A stretch of 64,000 bases of DNA from Nitrososphaeria archaeon (GTDB taxonomy: Archaea; Thermoproteota; Nitrososphaeria; Nitrososphaerales; JANXEG01), in contig JARVKA010000001.1 of the NCBI GenBank assembly GCA_029775915.1, forward strand, positions 28,781-92,780, in the 5' to 3' direction. Both the position numbers and the translations under genes were made by a program. A model generated the notes under the pieces. That model was not told where the DNA came from, did no database searches, and was given only the letters and a program-made list of their open reading frames with translations. Shown here piece by piece: positions 57,012 to 64,000 of the stretch (position 1 is its first letter; every line of letters begins with the position of its first letter).

Positions 57012-57818
57012 TTGATTGTGGAAAGTATGAAAGCTACCATTTTTTTAAGCGAAGAGCAAAAAGCTATCGATTTAGAGAGCATCATTGAGATGTTACATCG
57101 ATCAGGAATCACATATAGTAGGCGTAAACCAGATTTTGGAATAGTGATTGGTGGTGATGGATTTTTCAGCTATTGTGGAATGGTTAAGAGAGTGCCTTTG
57201 CTCTTTGTAGGCATACTTACAAATTCCCCAATTGGGAGTAAAGCATACTTAGCAGAGATTTATCTTAACGATTTACCTAAAGCCCTCCAAAGAATCAAAG
57301 ATGGCAAGTTTAAAATTGTTGAGCGTAAAATGTTAAAAGTTTACCTCAATCAAGATTTTTTAAACGATGTATTCACAGATGTTTATTTGGAGAGAGGTTT
57401 AGATAGTAATTGCCTTCGATACAAATTAATAGTTGAGGGAGAGAATCTTTCATTTATCGATTTTGCGATAGGAAATGGTGTAATTGTAACAACCTCTTCT
57501 GGATCTACTGGCTACTTTTCATGCATCGATAAAATTTCTGGTGATTGGTTAAATGTGAATGGTTTTACAAAGTTGAATGATGATGAAGTTGGTATATGCC
57601 ACATATTGCCTACATTTACTTTGAGGCAAGGAACCTCTCTGCATCCTTTGAGGTATAAAGTGCCTTATGGTGTATCGATTTACATTAAATTGGTTAGAAG
57701 TGGTGATGCTCGGCTGTATGGAACCTCTTATTCAAGGAGAGGAGTGCGTGTGAGTGAGCAAGATATAGTAAGGATCACCCCCTCTGAAAGGGTTGTTAAA
57801 TTAATCCATTTATTATAA
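57012..57818 (+). CDS. nadK: NAD kinase-like protein
   Basis: 268 aa. GIVIGGDGFF (compare GGDGT) and VTTSSGSTGYFSC (compare TPTGSTAY). The motifs are divergent. Confidence 0.6.
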   Translation: MIVESMKATIFLSEEQKAIDLESIIEMLHRSGITYSRRKPDFGIVIGGDGFFSYCGMVKRVPLLFVGILTNSPIGSKAYLAEIYLNDLPKALQRIKDGKFKIVERKMLKVYLNQDFLNDVFTDVYLERGLDSNCLRYKLIVEGENLSFIDFAIGNGVIVTTSSGSTGYFSCIDKISGDWLNVNGFTKLNDDEVGICHILPTFTLRQGTSLHPLRYKVPYGVSIYIKLVRSGDARLYGTSYSRRGVRVSEQDIVRITPSERVVKLIHLL

Positions 57819-58014
57819 TCATTCTGAATATATGAATAATAATATCCCAATCTATTTTCATTCATCATAAAATGTGTAAATTTAAACCCATGAATGGCCA
57901 ATCTCAATTAACTATCCGATTGATTATTTTTAGATTAAAAATCTTGTACAGGGAGAATTATATTATCGGAGACAAAAATGTTGATGTAATAGAGGCATTT
58001 ACTAAATACTTTTA

Positions 58015-58236
58015 TCAACCTATCGCTTTTACCCTTAATCGAGAAAGCGACCTTAGCAATATACAGATCGATCTTTTAAATTCATACCTGCTTGCAAGGA
58101 AAATACCACTCTTCTTCAATCGCTTTAATCCCGCGCTTACAGAAGGTTGGGAAAGACCGAGCTTTTTAGAAAATCTCCATCTGGAAGTTTCAGGATTAGC
58201 TTGTAGTATTTGAATGATTGCTAAAATTTCTATCAT
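58015..58236 (-). CDS. Small winged-helix DNA-binding protein (possibly truncated)
   Basis: 73 aa. ILQANPETSRWRFSKKLGLSQPSVSAGLKRLKKSGIF is a typical HTH/wing. The tail (RYEFKRSICILLRSLSRL) looks non-native. Confidence 0.35.
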   Translation of the reverse strand: MIEILAIIQILQANPETSRWRFSKKLGLSQPSVSAGLKRLKKSGIFLASRYEFKRSICILLRSLSRLRVKAIG

Positions 58237-58370
58237 CCAAATCGAATTTCATAAAATATTCACATTGTTATATAGAACAATATATAAAGTCACTTATCTA
58301 TTAACTACAATGCATATTCTATAAATTCAATTGCCATAATAATACACTTGAGAGTTTTTGTTTATGATTA

Positions 58371-58931
58371 TTAATACTTTACCCTTGAATATCTTTGTAC
58401 GCCAAGTTTGAATATATCATTTCCCAAAGTATCGTTAGCAACTATAACGGGAAAACTCTCTACTTCTAACTTGTTCACAGCCTCTGTACCAAGATCCTCA
58501 TATGCTATTATTTCCGCTTTTTTAATCCTTTTTGAAATTAATGCACCAGCCCCTCCAACCGCTACAAAATATACCGCACCATACTTTACCATAGCGTCTA
58601 TAGCTGCTTGACTTCTATAACCCTTGCCAATCGTACCTTTCAAACCGAGCTTTAATAAGGGTTCGAGAAATACATCCATGCGATATGATGAAGTAGGTCC
58701 AGCCGAACCTATTATCATACCAGGTCTAGGTGGGGTGGGGCCAACGTAATATATGATTTGACCTTTAGGATCAAAAGGTAATTTCTCACCTTTATTAATC
58801 GCATCTATGAATCTTTTGTGCGCAGCATCTCTTGCAGTATAAATAACCCCGTTTATCTCTACTTTATCACCTACTCTAAGACTTTTTACTACATCATCAT
58901 TTAATGGTGTAGTAATCTTAATTATTCTCAT
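58371..58931 (-). CDS. Class I fumarate hydratase / tartrate dehydratase, beta subunit
   Basis: 186 aa. GSAGPTSSYRMD and YFVAVGGAGAL blocks. Overlaps the alpha subunit gene by 4 nt. Confidence 0.85.
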   Translation of the reverse strand: MRIIKITTPLNDDVVKSLRVGDKVEINGVIYTARDAAHKRFIDAINKGEKLPFDPKGQIIYYVGPTPPRPGMIIGSAGPTSSYRMDVFLEPLLKLGLKGTIGKGYRSQAAIDAMVKYGAVYFVAVGGAGALISKRIKKAEIIAYEDLGTEAVNKLEVESFPVIVANDTLGNDIFKLGVQRYSRVKY

Positions 58932-59770
58932 AATATAATCTCACCAACTCGATGTGCATGACATTCAAAATTTACAGCTACGGGTAAAGATGCGATGTGA
59001 CATGGCGCAACTTCTATTCTCACATCCAAAGCTGTAACCCTTCCACCAAAGCCCATAGGCCCTATACCAAGATCATTAATCTCTTTTATAAGTTCTAATT
59101 CAAGCTTTGCATAAAACTCATCCTTATTTCTAACATTCATCCCTCTGAATAAAGCTTTTTTCGCTAACCACCCAACCATATCAAAAGTTCCACCAATACC
59201 AACTCCAATAATTAATGGTGGACAAGCGTTAATACCACCCTCTTTTACAGTATCAATCACAAATCTTTTCACACCCTCCAATCCATCGGCTGGTGTGAGC
59301 ATAGCTAACTTACACATATTCTCTGAACCCGCACCTTTTGCCATTAACTTAATCCTTAACTTATCACCAGGTATAAGTTCTACATGTATCATAGCTGGAG
59401 TATTATCCTTTGTATTAATTCGATTAAATGGATCACGCACAACAGATTTACGTAAATAACCTTTTACATAACCATTTGCAACACCTTTATTAATCGCATC
59501 ATAAAGAAAACCTCCTTCTATACGCACATCTTGACCCAATTCTACATAAGCTATGCATACGCCAGTATCTTGACATGCGGGAATTTTTTCATCTCTCGCT
59601 ATAGCTATATTCTCTAAGATTTGTCTCAAAACCTCTTTCCCAGATTCTGACTCTTCCTTTTGTAATACTTCTTCAATGATTTTTTCCATACCTTCTCTCA
59701 AATTGTAATTAATCTCCATGCAAACTTTACTTACAGCCTCTTCTATATCCTTCACATTTATAATTCTCAT
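58928..59770 (-). CDS. Class I fumarate hydratase / tartrate dehydratase, alpha subunit
   Basis: 280 aa. IPACQDTGV, MAKGAGSENM and CPPLIIGVGIGGT blocks. Confidence 0.85.
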   Translation of the reverse strand: MRIINVKDIEEAVSKVCMEINYNLREGMEKIIEEVLQKEESESGKEVLRQILENIAIARDEKIPACQDTGVCIAYVELGQDVRIEGGFLYDAINKGVANGYVKGYLRKSVVRDPFNRINTKDNTPAMIHVELIPGDKLRIKLMAKGAGSENMCKLAMLTPADGLEGVKRFVIDTVKEGGINACPPLIIGVGIGGTFDMVGWLAKKALFRGMNVRNKDEFYAKLELELIKEINDLGIGPMGFGGRVTALDVRIEVAPCHIASLPVAVNFECHAHRVGEIIL

Positions 59771-59892
59771 AACTTATCTTCAAATAATAAATCTTACTCT
59801 TAATTAAATATTCCTTAATTTATATTAATAGCTAAATCATGTAAGATAAAACTTATAAACTTAACGCTATTAAAGCTAGCGTAAGGTGCATT

Positions 59893-60636
59893 ATGTTTAT
59901 ATTAACTTTAATTCTTTTTTTCACTATATTGAATAGCCTTATTTCACTCATTGGTTTTATATTTTTATCTTTAAATGAGAAAGTTCTTCATAAACTCTTA
60001 ATAATTTTAGTAGCTTTTGCATCTGGAGCGCTATTAGGAGGCTCTTTTTTCCATTTAATACCCGAATCTTATGGGAAGATTGGCGATACAAGTTTAACTT
60101 ACATTCTCTTAAGCATTTTGCTATTTTTTATAATTGAGAAGTTTTTAAGATGGAGGCATTGCCATAAAGTTGAGTGCGATACCCATGCATTCGCTTATTT
60201 AAATCTCATAGGCGATGGTATACACAATTGTATAGATGGTATGATTATCGCTGCAAGTTTTTTAAGTAGTATAGAATTAGGGATTGTAAGTGCTATCGCA
60301 GTTATTATGCATGAAATACCACAAGAAATTGGTGATTTTGGAGTTCTTGTATATGGAGGTTTCAATAGGATAAAAGCGTTATTATACAATTTTCTATCCC
60401 AAATAACTTCAATCTTTGGTGCGATTTTTACTTATTACCTCATTAGTTATATTAACATTGAATCTTTTTTACCTTATCTCATTTCTTTAGCTGCAGGAGG
60501 TTTTATTTACATTGGTGCAACTGATCTCCTTCCAGAGCTTCATAAAAGGGAAGTGGTTAAAGAGTCTATTATCCAATTAATAGCTATAATTTTAGGTATA
60601 ATGGTGATATGGTCTTTAAGGTTTATTTTCGAATAA
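59893..60636 (+). CDS. ZIP-family metal (Zn/Fe) transporter
   Basis: 247 aa, ~8 TM. HNCIDGMIIAASF and HEIPQEIGDFGVL motifs. Confidence 0.8.
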   Translation: MFILTLILFFTILNSLISLIGFIFLSLNEKVLHKLLIILVAFASGALLGGSFFHLIPESYGKIGDTSLTYILLSILLFFIIEKFLRWRHCHKVECDTHAFAYLNLIGDGIHNCIDGMIIAASFLSSIELGIVSAIAVIMHEIPQEIGDFGVLVYGGFNRIKALLYNFLSQITSIFGAIFTYYLISYINIESFLPYLISLAAGGFIYIGATDLLPELHKREVVKESIIQLIAIILGIMVIWSLRFIFE

Positions 60637-60779
60637 AAAGAAAATATCATCAATTAATGCGACTTTTCAAAGAAAATTTCCATTATAAATTTAAGATAGC
60701 ATAACTAAATTCTTTTTTGAATAAATTTAATAAGCCATAAATTATTTGGATTACTATATTAAAATGAGCGTGTTTCTCC

Positions 60780-61958
60780 GTGAGGGTTTGCATGCTAACT
60801 TGGGAGTATCCACCAAGAGTTATTGGAGGTATTTCTAGGCATGTATATTGGATTTGTAAATCAATGGCAAAAGTTGGCGTTGAAGTTCATGTGGTAACAC
60901 TTGATTTTCCAAACACACCTGAATATGAAGTTGATGGTTTACTTCATATTCATAGAGTAAAGGTTGAAGTGGGTTCTCCTAACTTTTATTTATGGGTAAT
61001 GCTCTTTAACCACTTTTTTGAGAAAAAAGTTGGGCGTTTGATAAATAAATTCGGTCCCTTTGATGTAATTCATGCTCACGATTGGCTTACAATCACTTCT
61101 GGTGTAGCTTTAAAACATCTTTTATCAAAACCATTAATTGTAACTTTTCACAGTACAGAGATGGGTAGATCTGGTGGTTTGCACTCTCCCGAATCTCATA
61201 TGATTCATGGATTGGAGTGGTGGGGATCATTTGAGGCTGCTCAAGTAATAACGGTTAGTAAATATATGAAGGATGAGTTGATAAGGCTTTACAAATTACC
61301 ATCAGATAAAGTACAAGTGATAAGTAATGGTATAGATGTTAAAACATTTGATGTGTTTGTGAATAAAGATATTGTGAAAGCTAAGTTAGGAATCTCGCCT
61401 AATGAAAAAGTTATATTGGCTATAGGTAGATTAACATGGCAAAAAGGTTTTGATGATTTGATTAAAGCATTCCCTAAGGTTTTAGCTATACATCCCAATT
61501 CGAGACTTGTTATAATTGGAGATGGTTATATGAAAGGTGAGTTAGAGAGATTGGCTTGGAATATGGGTTTAGGTAATAAAGTTATATTTACAGGCTTTAT
61601 AAGTGATCAAGAGCTTATTGAGATACTTAAATCATCAGATGCACTTGTAATTAGCTCCAGATATGAACCATTCGGTATTGTAGCTTTAGAAGGTATGGCA
61701 AGTGGTTTACCTGTGGTTGTGACAAATGTAGGCGGTCTTGCTGAAATAGTTGAGCATGAAAAGGATGGTATTTGGGTTTATGCTAATAATCCTGATAGTA
61801 TAGCTTGGGGTATAAATAGAGTTCTTAGTGATCAAGCACTCGCTTCCCAAATTATATTTAATGGTAAGGAAAAAGTTAAAAAGTATGATTGGTCAGTTAT
61901 TACTCAAAAAATCCTCCAAGTGTATGAAATATCCAAGCAGGTGGTTAAATTTGAGTAA
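60780..61958 (+). CDS. GT4-family glycosyltransferase
   Basis: 392 aa (GTG start; ATG at 60792). MLTWEYPPRVIGGISRHV at the N-terminus. E-x7-E region EPFGIVALEGMASGLPVV. Confidence 0.8.
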   Translation: MRVCMLTWEYPPRVIGGISRHVYWICKSMAKVGVEVHVVTLDFPNTPEYEVDGLLHIHRVKVEVGSPNFYLWVMLFNHFFEKKVGRLINKFGPFDVIHAHDWLTITSGVALKHLLSKPLIVTFHSTEMGRSGGLHSPESHMIHGLEWWGSFEAAQVITVSKYMKDELIRLYKLPSDKVQVISNGIDVKTFDVFVNKDIVKAKLGISPNEKVILAIGRLTWQKGFDDLIKAFPKVLAIHPNSRLVIIGDGYMKGELERLAWNMGLGNKVIFTGFISDQELIEILKSSDALVISSRYEPFGIVALEGMASGLPVVVTNVGGLAEIVEHEKDGIWVYANNPDSIAWGINRVLSDQALASQIIFNGKEKVKKYDWSVITQKILQVYEISKQVVKFE

Positions 61959-62187
61959 TATAAAAAGAGTTTTATCATCATTATTAACCTTAGGGATAAC
62001 TTCTGAAGAAAAAGCTATTGATGTTGAAGAGTTAGCGAATAAAATTGGGTTAAATGTGAGTGAGTTGAATGAGCCTTTAAGTGAGCTTTTGAGACTTGGC
62101 CATTTGAGGAGAATATTCTTTAAAGGTAAGGAATACTTTTATCTTACAGCTACTGGGATAATTGCAGCTTGCTCCATTTACTCTTAA
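61951..62187 (+). CDS. Small winged-helix-like protein (TTG start overlapping the GT4 stop)
   Basis: Only the last ~78 codons of track ORF 61828-62187 lie outside the GT4 gene. They read LSNIKRVLSSLLTLGITSEEKAIDVEELANKIGLNVSELNEPLSELLRLGHLRRIFFKGKEYFYLT, an HTH plus wing pattern. Confidence 0.3.
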   Translation: MSNIKRVLSSLLTLGITSEEKAIDVEELANKIGLNVSELNEPLSELLRLGHLRRIFFKGKEYFYLTATGIIAACSIYS

Positions 62188-62279
62188 CTTCAAAATTTTG
62201 AATTGTATTAATGATTCTTAACATTAAAAGAGTTGGTATTAAGCTTATCTTTATATAACCCTATTATGTTAAAACGCTC

Positions 62280-63248
62280 GTGAAAGTAAGAGTATCTGCA
62301 CCAGCAAGGCTTCACTTAGGCGATTTAGATCCATTTGGTGTTGGTAGATTTGGATATGCTCCACTTTTAGCTTTAAATGAACCTAGAACGATTGTAGAAG
62401 CTTCTGAAAGTAATGATTTAAAAATAAATGCTCTTAATATTAAAGAAGTTGAAGTATACGCTAAAAAAATTCTTAAAGCGTATAATTTACCTGGTGTTGA
62501 TATTAAAGTAGTATCACAAGCACCACGTCATTTTGGATTCGGCTCTACAACACAATTAGCATTATCAATTGGAAAGGCTGTGACTTTAGCATATAATTTG
62601 AATGTGAAAGCTATAGAGCTTCTTAAAATATTGGGTAGAACATCTACTGGTGGTGTGTATATATTTGAGCATGGAGGTTTTGTAATAGCTGGTGGATTAA
62701 AGATTAAAGTTGGTGAACCAATTTTTGAAAGTGATAAGTCTTTAATCCCACCTCTTATTCTTCATACTCAATTCCCTGAAGAGTGGTGCTTCATAATTGC
62801 AATACCTTTAAAATTCCAATCAAGCCCTTATGGTGAAATTGAGGATAAGATTTTCCAAGAGCTTCAAAGTAAAAAACCACCATTAAGCTTAATATATAAA
62901 AATTACTTCTTATTAGCTTCAAAAATGATTCCTGCAATTTTAGAGAGAGATTCAATAACTTTTGGCAATGCTTTAACTGAAATACAAGTACTTGTTGGCA
63001 GTATATATAAGCCCGTTCAAGGAACGATTTTTAATCCAGCTTCTCAATGGATTATACCAATATTGAAAAAGTGTGGAGTATTGGGTGTTGGGCAAAGTTC
63101 ATGGGGTCCAACTGTATATGGATTTATTGATGATGAAGATAAAGCGCGTACTATTTTTAAAAAAGTTGAGGAAGAGGTTAAGGGTAAAGCTGAGTTATTT
63201 ATAACAAAGGCTGATAATGCAGGTGCTAAGTATGAAATTATTAATTAA
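62280..63248 (+). CDS. mptG: Beta-ribofuranosylaminobenzene 5'-phosphate synthase (first committed step of methanopterin biosynthesis), GHMP-kinase fold
   Basis: 322 aa, GTG start. SAPARLHLGDLD, HFGFGSTTQLALSIGKA, GRTSTGGVYIFEHGGFVIAGG, SSWGPTVYGF and ITKADNAGAKYEI parallel the MJ1427-family blocks as I remember them. Confidence 0.75.
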   Translation: MKVRVSAPARLHLGDLDPFGVGRFGYAPLLALNEPRTIVEASESNDLKINALNIKEVEVYAKKILKAYNLPGVDIKVVSQAPRHFGFGSTTQLALSIGKAVTLAYNLNVKAIELLKILGRTSTGGVYIFEHGGFVIAGGLKIKVGEPIFESDKSLIPPLILHTQFPEEWCFIIAIPLKFQSSPYGEIEDKIFQELQSKKPPLSLIYKNYFLLASKMIPAILERDSITFGNALTEIQVLVGSIYKPVQGTIFNPASQWIIPILKKCGVLGVGQSSWGPTVYGFIDDEDKARTIFKKVEEEVKGKAELFITKADNAGAKYEIIN

Positions 63249-63278
63249 ATATTCTTGGGAATGTTATAACCCATAAGG

Positions 63279-63869
63279 ATGGCTAACATGCAAGGGTCAA
63301 AATACACTTATATACTCCTTGTACTATTCATAATAGTATTTATTATTCAAAATATTACTGAGGTATGGGTATATTTCGCTTTCTTTCCAATCTTTGCTTT
63401 AAAAGCGCCTTGGATTTTTATAACATCCATATTTTTACATGCAGATTTCTCTCATTTATTCTTTAATATGTTTGCATTACTCATCTTTGGAAGTTATTTA
63501 GAAAGAATGATTGGTGGAAGGGCATTTATCATGATATTCATTACTTCAGGGATTTTGGGGAATTTTGGTTATATGATTACAGCAACTAAGCCATGGATAC
63601 CTGCGGTAGGGGCTTCGGGAGCCATATACGGCATTATTGGAGCACTTGCAATTTTAGCACCATTCCTCATAATCTTTATTTACGGAATTCTACCCATACC
63701 AATAATCGTTGCAGCTTTTTTATGGGCATTTCTCGACTTTTTAGGTTTATTCGCACCCACAAATATTGCACATGGCGCTCATTTAATGGGTTTATTCGTT
63801 GGGATTGTTTCAGGTTTGATTATAAAGTTGAGGAGGTTACATTACCGCGCTGCATTATATTATGTATAG
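63279..63869 (+). CDS. Rhomboid-family intramembrane serine protease
   Basis: 196 aa, 6 TM. HLFFNMFAL, catalytic GASGAIYG and AHGAHLMG. Confidence 0.8.
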   Translation: MANMQGSKYTYILLVLFIIVFIIQNITEVWVYFAFFPIFALKAPWIFITSIFLHADFSHLFFNMFALLIFGSYLERMIGGRAFIMIFITSGILGNFGYMITATKPWIPAVGASGAIYGIIGALAILAPFLIIFIYGILPIPIIVAAFLWAFLDFLGLFAPTNIAHGAHLMGLFVGIVSGLIIKLRRLHYRAALYYV

Positions 63870-64000
63870 TTATTGTAAGGATTACAAAGCTTATCACTAA
63901 ATACTGGTATCATCAATTTACAATAGAAAGGGATTTATGTAACTAATTTTGCAATAAATGTGAATTGATAAGGGCGCAAATATCTCTTACTCCAACCGAA

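Noticed and set aside
57872-58213. 113-aa + strand ORF overlapping the small wHTH gene
   Set aside because: The translation has no motif and an odd composition. The antisense 73-aa frame has a clear helix-turn-helix, so only one of the two (if either) is real.
1004-63946. Many track ORFs lying antisense or out of frame within stronger genes: 1004-1249, 3776-4111, 4628-4891, 6051-6233, 6920-7153, 8429-8641, 10629-10895, 11563-11832, 13044-13280, 13789-14079, 16769-17026, 21526-21846, 28861-29067, 30137-30325, 30443-30760, 35010-35291, 36003-36287, 37197-37379, 38314-38520, 42697-43197, 44791-45036, 47974-48264, 49420-49737, 50214-50402, 50698-50919, 53922-54122, 54922-55200, 58408-58611, 60195-60389, 61289-61498 and 63593-63946.
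   Set aside because: Each overlaps a longer ORF that carries clear family motifs. Their translations are low-complexity (Ser/Pro/Ile/Leu-rich) shadow frames with no recognisable motif.
1-64000. CRISPR arrays, IS elements/transposases, rRNA genes and known defence systems
   Set aside because: I noticed no regularly spaced direct repeats, no transposase, integrase or Cas-like ORFs, and no rRNA-like GC-rich stretches other than RNase P RNA and the tRNAs.

Overview
Gene-dense, AT-rich chromosomal segment that looks archaeal. The structural RNAs are conspicuously GC-rich, and two of the three tRNAs carry introns (one in the D-arm; the other has two). This pattern fits a thermophilic Thermoproteota-like or related lineage, which is an inference. 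I support about 60 protein-coding genes, 3 tRNAs and an RNase P RNA. I saw no rRNA, CRISPR array, transposase, integrase or recognisable defence genes. All functional calls rest on motifs read from the supplied translations and on remembered family signatures. No database search was possible. Content by region: (i) 1-16.4 kb holds an unusual organic-acid island. It has a TAXI-TRAP transporter, a 2-hydroxyacid dehydrogenase, a TcuA-like flavoprotein, a KRCGH lyase, two divergent MmgE/PrpD paralogues flanking EtfAB, a TfrAB-type fumarate reductase and thiolase/DUF35. (ii) 16.6-31 kb holds housekeeping genes plus an HdrA whose fused MvhD domain has lost all its cysteines, convergent with a QmoC/HdrE-like membrane Fe-S protein. 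It also holds the RNase P RNA and a TauE gene with an in-frame TAG. (iii) 31.2-32.9 kb, beside tRNA-Lys, is a patch of one orphan gene and a decayed gene. (iv) 33.7-38.7 kb is a Liv-type ABC transporter. (v) 38.7-41.9 kb holds EVE, AbrB-domain, UroD/MtaA-like and MtrH-like genes. (vi) 42.5-52 kb holds ilvD, an MFS gene and ilvBN-leuA-leuB, preceded by a candidate Val/Leu/Ile-rich leader ORF plus hairpin. (vii) 53-64 kb holds a PP-loop ATPase, a B12-type radical SAM protein and ArsR, then class I fumarase, ZIP, GT4, beta-RFAP synthase (methanopterin biosynthesis) and rhomboid. The best novelty candidates are the organic-acid island, the H4MPT-linked methyltransferase pair lacking a corrinoid protein, the HdrA(Cys-less MvhD)/QmoC-like pair, and the putative ilv leader-peptide attenuator. 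None of these can be proven from sequence alone.
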